Below are positions 7,522-14,263 of a stretch of DNA of 32,000 bases, piece by piece. The position numbers were made by a program, and so were the translations under genes. This DNA comes from an archaeon GW2011_AR10 (GTDB taxonomy: Archaea > Iainarchaeota > Iainarchaeia > Iainarchaeales > GW2011-AR10). The notes under the pieces are model-generated. The model did no database searches and was not told the DNA's origin. It saw nothing but the letters and a program-made list of their open reading frames with translations. The first letter of the stretch is position 1; every line of letters begins with the position of its first letter. The DNA lies in NCBI GenBank assembly GCA_000830275.1, contig CP010424.1:240001-272000 (forward strand). The letters are read 5' to 3'.

Positions 7522-8214
7522 ATGGTTGAAGGCAAGCTTTCAGTAAGCGAAGCTGTAAGGGTGCTGATTGACAGCCATCCTCACATTAGGCACTCTATTT
7601 CTGAGGGGCTGGTAAACTACTCTGCCTTGTCCAGAAAGTTTTCTCCCGAGCTGGAGAAAAAACTGGGCAAAAAAGTCAACGAAGAATCCACCATTGTGGC
7701 AATTAAAAGGTATGCTGAGGAGCTCCAGAAAAAGGAGTTCTCTGACAAGATTTCAGAGCTGCTTTCACAGTCCACTATTACGCTTCAGGACGAAGTGTCT
7801 CATGCTTTGTTCAACAAAAACTCGAGGAGCTCTGAAGTGGTTGACTCAATGGCTTCAAAAACCGAATGGGGTTTAGGAGAAATCAGGATAGTTGTAACTG
7901 GTGCAAACAGGATTTTTGTCGTGCTGAAATCGAACAGGTTAAGCGAACTTGCAGGGCAACTTGAATCAGACTTGATTCATTTGAGAGAGCACCAGACACT
8001 TATTTCGGTTTCTGAGCCAGATGAAGCAAATATGACTTACGGGGTACTGAATGAATTAACTTCTGCCCTTGCAAAAAAAGGCATTAGCATTGAAGTAGTG
8101 AGCGTTCCACCAGACCTGCATTTTTTGGTTGACGACGAAGACTCGGAGCGGGCTTACAGGGCACTAAAAGAGCTGATTAAGCAGTCAAAGGAAGTTAACA
8201 ACAAAAAGAATTAG
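7522..8214 (+). CDS. ACT-domain protein with a putative N-terminal HTH (candidate small-molecule-sensing regulator)
   Basis: 230 aa. The C-terminal part, LISVSEPDEANMTYGVLNELTSALAKKGISIEVVSVPPDLHFLVDDEDSERAYRALKELI, resembles the aspartokinase-type ACT (ACT_7) pattern. The N-terminal part, SVSEAVRVLIDSHPHIRHSISEGLVNYSALSRKF, is HTH-like. Confidence 0.7.
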   Translation: MVEGKLSVSEAVRVLIDSHPHIRHSISEGLVNYSALSRKFSPELEKKLGKKVNEESTIVAIKRYAEELQKKEFSDKISELLSQSTITLQDEVSHALFNKNSRSSEVVDSMASKTEWGLGEIRIVVTGANRIFVVLKSNRLSELAGQLESDLIHLREHQTLISVSEPDEANMTYGVLNELTSALAKKGISIEVVSVPPDLHFLVDDEDSERAYRALKELIKQSKEVNNKKN

Positions 8215-9659
8215 TAAAGCCCTTTGGCAATCCTTTCAAGCCTCATGCCTTTTACTAGAATTTCTGGAGTAACCACAACTGCTTCTTGCCCCCATGCAAG
8301 TGTTGCCTTCCTTTCCTTGCTTAGCGCTTCAATGTTCTTGAAGCACCTCTCCAGGTTGTCATTAATCCTTAGAGTGTTAGGCACCAGAGCAGAAGCGATT
8401 TTCCCGTTCCTGATAATGTACGAATCTCCCCTCATTGTTGAGGTAAAGTCAGCAGAAGCAAGACCGTTAACAGGGTAAGAATACCATATTCTGCCAATAT
8501 ACAAACCGTTTTTTACCTCTGCCGGAAGCTCATCTTCCTTGAAGTCGCCTGCCTCCACAACAAGGTTAGTAGCTGCAATGCCTGGTTCAGAATCATGGTG
8601 CCTTCCGCCGCCGCCAAAACGGAACCCATTCCTCGAATTAAACCTTTTATCGCTTGAAAACTTTTTCGCATAATAGTCGTTTGCCAGAAAATTCACCAGC
8701 TTGCCGTTCCTTACAAGTTCCGTTCTCCCTGTTGCAAGGCCTTCATCTGTAACCCTTTTGGAGCCTATCTCGCCTGAAAGCAGGCCATCATCAAATATTG
8801 TTAGTTTTTCAGAGCCTATTACTTTGTCAAGCTTGTCAATGAAAGGGGAAGCCTTTGCATCAATGCTGCTCAAGCTGACTTCAAACCTGCTGTAAAACAG
8901 GTCTGCAACTGCAAGCCTTCCAAGCACGACATCGTAGGTGCCTGAGCCAACCGATTCAGCCTTAATTAATGCTTGCGCTTTTTCTGCAGATGTTTTTCCA
9001 GTCTCGTAAGTGTTGAGCTTGTTTAAGGCAGTGGCTGAATCAAACCACATTCCTGAAACATCTTTCTCCAGTTCAAGGATTGTTGTAAGGGTTGCCAAAG
9101 AAATACTGTTCTCGTCCCACTCGCTTACCCCATTCGAGTTTGCAACAGCAATTCTTTCAGCCAAGAAATCAACTTCTCCAGTAAGGTTAACGTTTTTCCT
9201 GAAGTCTTTTGCCTTCAGTGCATCAAAGGCCCCAGAAATGCAGGCATAAGCAGAATCAATGGCTTTTTCCTCGTCAAGCTCAAGAATTCTTTTATCAGCT
9301 TTAAGTGAAGCAGAAGGCTTTTCTCCTTGTGCCGGCAAGCCGTGAAAGTCCTTGTCAAGCACGCTGCTGGCTTTGGCTTTCTCGAAAGCAGACTTAACCG
9401 CTTCCATTGAAAGCTCCGAGTCCTCCTTGCCAAAACCAATTTTTCCGTTGTCAAACAAAACCCTTACACTTAACCCAAAGCCCTCCTGGCTTTTTGGTTC
9501 CTCCAACGCATTGCTGGGAATGTTGCTTGAATAACAAATCCTGAAAACGTTAAGCCTGTTAGAGGAAGCAAACACTTCCGCTTCCTTGACTCCCTGCTTT
9601 TTTTCAACTGCCCTCAGGCCTTCTTCAACAGCTGCTTTCAGTTCATTCAGCGAAATCAT
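8211..9659 (-). CDS. pmbA: TldE/PmbA-family metalloprotease partner subunit (no HExxxH motif)
   Basis: 482 aa with PmbA_TldD-family architecture and the Gly-rich block GFRFGGGGRHHDSEPGIAATNLVVEAG. No HExxxH motif was found. The gene starts 1 nt after the tldD stop. Confidence 0.85.
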   Translation of the reverse strand: MISLNELKAAVEEGLRAVEKKQGVKEAEVFASSNRLNVFRICYSSNIPSNALEEPKSQEGFGLSVRVLFDNGKIGFGKEDSELSMEAVKSAFEKAKASSVLDKDFHGLPAQGEKPSASLKADKRILELDEEKAIDSAYACISGAFDALKAKDFRKNVNLTGEVDFLAERIAVANSNGVSEWDENSISLATLTTILELEKDVSGMWFDSATALNKLNTYETGKTSAEKAQALIKAESVGSGTYDVVLGRLAVADLFYSRFEVSLSSIDAKASPFIDKLDKVIGSEKLTIFDDGLLSGEIGSKRVTDEGLATGRTELVRNGKLVNFLANDYYAKKFSSDKRFNSRNGFRFGGGGRHHDSEPGIAATNLVVEAGDFKEDELPAEVKNGLYIGRIWYSYPVNGLASADFTSTMRGDSYIIRNGKIASALVPNTLRINDNLERCFKNIEALSKERKATLAWGQEAVVVTPEILVKGMRLERIAKGLY

Positions 9660-9660
9660 T

Positions 9661-11223
9661 TCAAACAGCCCCTGTTTCCTCTACATGCCCGCCGCTTACA
9701 ACTGCCTTTGCCCTCAAGTGTGGTCCGCCGTTTGAAACCTTCATTGACTGCATCGGGGTTCCTTTCCCGCAGTTTGGAATATTGAACAGCCTGAAGTCAT
9801 CGGCTAATGCATCAATTGAATTGAAGAAAGTGTAGGAATCCCCAGTAATGCCTCCCTGCCTGTAAAGCTTTCCAATTTCCCCGTTTTTGATTTCAAACAG
9901 CTTCCAGCAAGTAATCTTGAAATTCTGCCTTGTCTCGCCAATTGAAGGAGTTTTCTGCCCAACCAAATAATAGCCTTCTTTTGTTTCCTCAAACAGTTCC
10001 TCTTTTTTCCATTTCCCAGGAGCAATTGCGGTGTTGTTCATTCTAATCAGTGGCATGCTTGAGGCAACATTTGCGCGCATCCCGCCATTTGGTTCGCTGC
10101 CGAGAATTGAAGCGGTTTCCCTGCTGTTTAGGAACTCCCTTAAAATTCCTTTGTCAATGTGGACAACCCTTTTTGCCTTCACTCCTTCGTCGTCGTACTT
10201 GTAGTGCCCGTAACCTTTAAGCGTTGGGTCAGAGAACACGGTCAAAAGCTCTGCGCCTACTCTTTGCCCGATTCTGTTTTCCTCCATGCTGTTGAACCAC
10301 CAAGCCCTTCCTGCCCATGCAGTCTCCTTTTTTAGCGCCCTGTCTGCTTCGCTTGGATGCCCTGTTATTTCGTGGCTGAGCAATGCATTAAACCAAGGGT
10401 CAGTTATAACTGTTACAGGCTTGCTTGTCGTCTTCATTGCAGGAGCATTGCTTACCTCAATTGTTCCATCAGCCAAGTAAGAAGCAAAGTCCTCAAAGCT
10501 TTTCTCGAACTCGTTTGCCCCATCAAGTACCTCTAACCCTGCATAGCCCCCAACCCAGTCATAGAATGTTTCAACAGCTTTTCCTTTGGCTGCAACAAAA
10601 ATGAATCCCTGCGTTAGTGCTTTGGACTGGTCAATCAATGCTCCTTCGCTGCTTGCAAAAATTTTTCTGTTCAAGCCGGTAACAATGCTTATGTCGTTGC
10701 TTGCAATGCCTTTCCTTTTTGACAGCTCAACTGAAAGCGATTCGCTTCTCTTCACAACTTCCTCAAGAGAAAAGTCCCGCGGGCTTTTCTTGAACTCAGC
10801 TTTAACTGTGTCTTGGAATACTTCAATTGGCGCAAGCTCTGTTTTTCCAACTGATTCCCCAAAAAAACCGTACTTTTTTTTCAGATTTTTTTTCTGTTCC
10901 GCGCTCAGCTTTGCCCTCTTTAGCGCGGTTTTCATCATTTCCTTCAGTTCTTTTCCAATTGACTCGAGCTGTTTGGCGCCGAGCTCCTTGCCTGCTTGGC
11001 CAGCTGCAACAACGCTGTTGCTTTTAGCGTAAACCCTGACACCAGCGCTTAACCCGAAGTCTTCTGTGGCTCCCCGGATGCTGCCATTGAATGCATTGGC
11101 CCCCTTTCCTTCAAACACCTCAACCCTTGCGTCAGCATAGTGAACGCCGGAAGCAGAGAATTCCCTAACTGCCTTTTCGATGGCATCCTTTGATGCATCC
11201 AGCCTCTCGACGGTTACCTTCAT
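9661..11223 (-). CDS. tldD: TldD-family zinc metalloprotease
   Basis: 520 aa. It has the HExxxH motif in LSHEITGHPSEADR and a C-terminal block GGMRANVASSMPLIRMNNTAI typical of the family. GGGGTG lies about 9 nt upstream of the ATG. Confidence 0.9.
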   Translation of the reverse strand: MKVTVERLDASKDAIEKAVREFSASGVHYADARVEVFEGKGANAFNGSIRGATEDFGLSAGVRVYAKSNSVVAAGQAGKELGAKQLESIGKELKEMMKTALKRAKLSAEQKKNLKKKYGFFGESVGKTELAPIEVFQDTVKAEFKKSPRDFSLEEVVKRSESLSVELSKRKGIASNDISIVTGLNRKIFASSEGALIDQSKALTQGFIFVAAKGKAVETFYDWVGGYAGLEVLDGANEFEKSFEDFASYLADGTIEVSNAPAMKTTSKPVTVITDPWFNALLSHEITGHPSEADRALKKETAWAGRAWWFNSMEENRIGQRVGAELLTVFSDPTLKGYGHYKYDDEGVKAKRVVHIDKGILREFLNSRETASILGSEPNGGMRANVASSMPLIRMNNTAIAPGKWKKEELFEETKEGYYLVGQKTPSIGETRQNFKITCWKLFEIKNGEIGKLYRQGGITGDSYTFFNSIDALADDFRLFNIPNCGKGTPMQSMKVSNGGPHLRAKAVVSGGHVEETGAV

Positions 11224-11273
11224 TTAAATGCACCCCAAAAACAGCAGTATAACAATCAAATCATAATAATGCT

Positions 11274-11960
11274 TTAAATACGCTTTCCCTGGCTGCTGTT
11301 TTTCCCTAGTTCCTGCAGCAAGTCAGTCATCAGTTCTTTATACAATTCACTGGAAGGTTTTTCTCCAAATTTTTTCCTAACGTCCATCTCGTATTGGCTA
11401 AAAAGTTTCTTTCGCTTCCTTTCCGCTTCTCTCTGAACCTTGCCAAACAAGTTAACAGTTCTCCCTTTTCTTTTCAGTTCATCAATTATGTTTGCAGCGT
11501 AAAGCTGGAAAGACAGCGTATTAACCGTACGCGCGGTGTTTTCTAAGGCACTCATGTCCAGAATTATCTCAATATCCCCGGATTTTTTAATCATTGTGGA
11601 AGCTTTAAATTTTCTCAGGTTTCTAAGCCATTCTTCTGAAAGCCCTGTTCCACTGAATGTTTTCTCGATGTCTTCAACAATTTTAAAATCAATTTTCTTT
11701 GATAAAAACCAGCTTTCCAGCTTCCTGTCAATTATCATTGATGAGGCAAGAGCAAACTGAAAGTTTTCTATTGCTTTTGGCTGAACTCCTCTCTCAACCA
11801 CAACAGTCATTGCAGGAAATTTAACCGGCTTTCGGGATCTCCTAAATAACCTTGAGGCTGAGCCGAGTGCAAATCCAAAAAGCGAGCCGGCAGCAGCAAC
11901 TTTCGCGGAAGTTTTAATGAATTTTCTTCTGGTTGTTTTTCTGTTAGGGCCTTGAGGCAT
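11274..11960 (-). CDS. Tat-signal (twin-arginine) secreted protein of unknown function
   Basis: 228 aa. The N-terminus KTTRRKFIKTSAKVAAAGSLFGFALGSA matches the Tat consensus S/T-R-R-x-F-L-K, followed by an h-region and a small-residue cleavage site. I recognise no family in the mature part, which is K/E-rich. Confidence 0.7.
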   Translation of the reverse strand: MPQGPNRKTTRRKFIKTSAKVAAAGSLFGFALGSASRLFRRSRKPVKFPAMTVVVERGVQPKAIENFQFALASSMIIDRKLESWFLSKKIDFKIVEDIEKTFSGTGLSEEWLRNLRKFKASTMIKKSGDIEIILDMSALENTARTVNTLSFQLYAANIIDELKRKGRTVNLFGKVQREAERKRKKLFSQYEMDVRKKFGEKPSSELYKELMTDLLQELGKNSSQGKRI

Positions 11961-11981
11961 AAAAAAATAATGGGGGGCTTG

Positions 11982-11989
11982 AATATAAA
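11982..11989 (-). promoter_or_regulatory. Candidate TATA box for the Tat-protein/tldD/tldE unit (leaderless)
   Basis: The minus strand reads TTTATATT, centred about 25 nt upstream of ATG 11960. It abuts the stop codon (11992-11994) of the upstream 69-aa gene. Confidence 0.4.
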
Positions 11990-11991
11990 CC

Positions 11992-12201
11992 TTATTTCTT
12001 TTTCAGCAGCGGCAGCCCTGTTCTCGGGTTTTCCCCGATAGTGTAGCCCTGCGGCAGGTCAATTGAACCATCGCTTTTTTTCGAGAAAAAGAAAAGGGTT
12101 TTACCGTTTTTCCCCACAACGCTGTGAAGAAAGTATGTAATGCCTTTAGAGTTCTTGTGAGAGTAGCCCATACAGTTCATAACAAATAAGTTTTTTCTCA
12201 T
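11992..12201 (-). CDS. Small basic conserved-looking hypothetical protein (start uncertain)
   Basis: 69 aa. ITYFLHSVVGKNGKTLFFFSKK....LPQGYTIGENPRTGLPLLKKK resembles a small protein family I recall from archaeal and candidate-phyla genomes (Y-x-L-H...YFFSK...LP-x-GY-x-x-x-E...TGLP-x-LKKK). I cannot name the family. Alternative starts are at M8 and M11. Confidence 0.5.
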   Translation of the reverse strand: MRKNLFVMNCMGYSHKNSKGITYFLHSVVGKNGKTLFFFSKKSDGSIDLPQGYTIGENPRTGLPLLKKK

Positions 12202-12313
12202 TATTAAACCTATGCCATGAAAATAGCGAACCAGATAATCCGTATATATTAAAAAAATTATATTAAAAAAAAATTATTTTAACCTGCCTTCAGGAGAAAA
12301 CTGCTGAAGAAAA

Positions 12314-12325
12314 ATATATATATAA
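12314..12325 (+). promoter_or_regulatory. Candidate TATA box for the cohesin-domain surface protein gene
   Basis: ATATATATATAA is centred about 32 nt upstream of ATG 12352, within a 150-bp AT-rich divergent intergenic region. Confidence 0.4.
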
Positions 12326-12344
12326 GAATATTATAAGTATTCTT
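12324..12344. promoter_or_regulatory. Inverted repeat between the TATA box and the start codon (candidate operator)
   Basis: aagaata (12324-12330) and tattctt (12338-12344) are exact reverse complements around ttataag. Confidence 0.3.
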
Positions 12345-12351
12345 GGATTAA

Positions 12352-13692
12352 ATGAAGAAAACCTTTGTTTTGCTTGCATTCTTTTTTGGTTTGGGCTATG
12401 TTTTTGGCGCGGGAAACATTAGCATATACCCTGCGCTTGAGGACAAAATTGTGGGCCAAAACCTTGACCTTAACATAGTTGCCGGCAATGTGAACAACTT
12501 TTACGGTTACCAGTTTGACTTTCAGTATGACCCAAGCAAGCTTGGCTTTAATTCAATTGAATTCAACAGGGATGTGCTTGGCAGCACTGTTGCCCCGCAG
12601 CAGCAGTTCTGCACTTCGTCTGGCGACTGGAATATTGGCTTAGGCTTTGTAAAAAATGTTGCCTGCACCAGAACGGTTGCCGGGGAAATAAACCCTGCAA
12701 GCGGTGCGCTCGCAACACTAAAGTTCAATGTGATTGGGCAGGGCTCAAGCAGCGTTAACTTAACCAAAGTGCTGGTTTCAGATTCCTCTCCTTCAGCTGT
12801 CAGCGTTTCAGTGCCGTTCCCCACAGCTTTGGTAAGGGGCTGCTCCCGCATTGAATGCTCATCAAGTGCGGAATGCAATGACTTCAATGCCTTGACCACT
12901 GACATATGCCTTAATGCAAGTACCTGCATTTCAAGTTGTTCCAATGTTGCAATAGAGCAGTGCTCTGAAGGCCAGATAACAAGCCAGTGCGTTTGCGGCG
13001 GCAGCGTTTACTCTTCCGGTTTCTGCTGCAGCAACACCTTCACGCAGCCCTGCGTTTCAGATTCACAGTGCAATGATGCTGATGTATGCACAATTGATTC
13101 CTGTTACCAGCCGGCTACTTGTGGTGCGCAGTGCATTAACACTCCAAGCGGTGCGTGCAGCCCTGCAACCTACTGTGGTGACGGCATATGCAGCAGCGGA
13201 GAAAACAAAAAGAATTGCCCTCAGGACTGCGGTCAGCGTGGAAAGCCTAGGACTTCTTCAGCCAGCGCCATCGTCGGAAGCAACGGCTATGCTGCTTCAT
13301 CAATTGACTTCCAGTTCGAGCAGTTAAGCTTGGGCTCGGCTTCAGGAGCCAAAGTATCATTAATCCATGAATTCGAGGAGCCTGAAAGGTTTTTGGTTGA
13401 ACTGCACGTGCTCAAGGACAACAAGCTTGTTTTCTTCACTTCAGAAACAACCCCGCTTCTTGATGCCGGCGAAGAGTTTGTTCTGGCGTTTTCTGAGCGT
13501 TGGGTGCCTGATGAAACAGGCCAATACCTTGCAACTGTTGTTCTTTCAGATGCTGAAGGGCAACTGGTGTATGATGTGCGTTCATTCAATTTCAACGTCA
13601 CAACTATTTCTGGCATATCCTTCTTTGTTGGAGTGCTTTTGGTCATAATTGTGGTGGTTTACTTTGCAGCCAGAAGCAGAAATAGCAAGTGA
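12352..13692 (+). CDS. Membrane-anchored surface protein: signal peptide, cohesin-like domain, Cys-rich repeat region, Ig/CARDB-like region, C-terminal TM anchor
   Basis: 446 aa. The signal peptide is MKKTFVLLAFFFGLGYVFGA. Residues ~21-160 (ISIYP..VGQNLDLNIVAGNVNNFYGYQFDFQYDPSKL...GALATLKFNVIGQGSS) read like a type I cohesin. Residues 164-293 contain 22 Cys (counted), with the repeated motifs C-x5-C-N-D-x(5,10)-C and CGDGICSSGENKKNCPQDCG. The C-terminal TM is ISFFVGVLLVIIVVVYFAA followed by RSRNSK. Confidence 0.8.
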   Translation: MKKTFVLLAFFFGLGYVFGAGNISIYPALEDKIVGQNLDLNIVAGNVNNFYGYQFDFQYDPSKLGFNSIEFNRDVLGSTVAPQQQFCTSSGDWNIGLGFVKNVACTRTVAGEINPASGALATLKFNVIGQGSSSVNLTKVLVSDSSPSAVSVSVPFPTALVRGCSRIECSSSAECNDFNALTTDICLNASTCISSCSNVAIEQCSEGQITSQCVCGGSVYSSGFCCSNTFTQPCVSDSQCNDADVCTIDSCYQPATCGAQCINTPSGACSPATYCGDGICSSGENKKNCPQDCGQRGKPRTSSASAIVGSNGYAASSIDFQFEQLSLGSASGAKVSLIHEFEEPERFLVELHVLKDNKLVFFTSETTPLLDAGEEFVLAFSERWVPDETGQYLATVVLSDAEGQLVYDVRSFNFNVTTISGISFFVGVLLVIIVVVYFAARSRNSK

Positions 13693-13722
13693 GAAAATTA
13701 ACCTTGAAAAATTTAAGTGTGA

Positions 13723-14211
13723 ATGATGAGAGAGGCACAAGGCAGTATTGAGTATCTTCTCCTAATTGGCGGCGCAATGCTTCTTGCTGTAATTGTGTTA
13801 TCATTAATTTCTTCAATTGCTGTAAGCGGGGTTTCAGAGCTCCTCTCCCAAATTGGCATTATTGGAGACATTTTTAAGGGCTTTTCCTCGTGCGATTCAA
13901 GCTTTGAGTTAGAGCGGCACCTTCTCATAATCCACGGCGACTCCGCTAATATCAACGTTTCGCTGGATGGAGCAGCAGAGGTAAGGAGAATCAGGCTGAA
14001 TCCAAGCATTTTTGGGCAGGGGATAAACTACGCTGTTTCTGTTGATTCTGCTGTTGTCGGCTCAGGAAATGATTCCACTGAAAGCATCGTTTTTGATGAT
14101 TTGAGCATTTCAGTTAATCCCCCGGAATTTAACCTAAAAATTGACAAAACTGATCCAAATGTTCCGAAGATTGAAGTGGATGTGGAAACAATAGTTCTAT
14201 TGTGCAATTAA
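13723..14211 (+). CDS. Archaeal type IV pilin-like protein (class III signal peptide)
   Basis: 162 aa. The N-terminus MMREAQGSIEYLLLIGGAMLLAVIVLSLI is the archaeal prepilin/class III signal pattern: a short charged leader, Q, then a hydrophobic helix. The gene starts 30 nt after the cohesin gene, with GTGTGA just upstream. Confidence 0.8.
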   Translation: MMREAQGSIEYLLLIGGAMLLAVIVLSLISSIAVSGVSELLSQIGIIGDIFKGFSSCDSSFELERHLLIIHGDSANINVSLDGAAEVRRIRLNPSIFGQGINYAVSVDSAVVGSGNDSTESIVFDDLSISVNPPEFNLKIDKTDPNVPKIEVDVETIVLLCN

Positions 14212-14230
14212 ATTGCCGGCATCTTGCACA

Positions 14231-14241
14231 AAATATTTAAA
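14231..14241 (+). promoter_or_regulatory. Candidate TATA box for the DHH phosphoesterase gene (leaderless)
   Basis: AAATATTTAAA is centred about 28 nt upstream of ATG 14264. Confidence 0.4.
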
Positions 14242-14263
14242 CCGTTGGCTCTTTTTTTATTAA

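Noticed and set aside
13713-14009. 98-aa minus-strand ORF (and 15296-15538, 80 aa) overlapping the pilin N-termini
   Set aside because: Both lie antisense to the class III signal-peptide regions of the two pilin genes. The pilin frames carry the diagnostic QG(S/A)(I/L)EYLLLIGGA motif.
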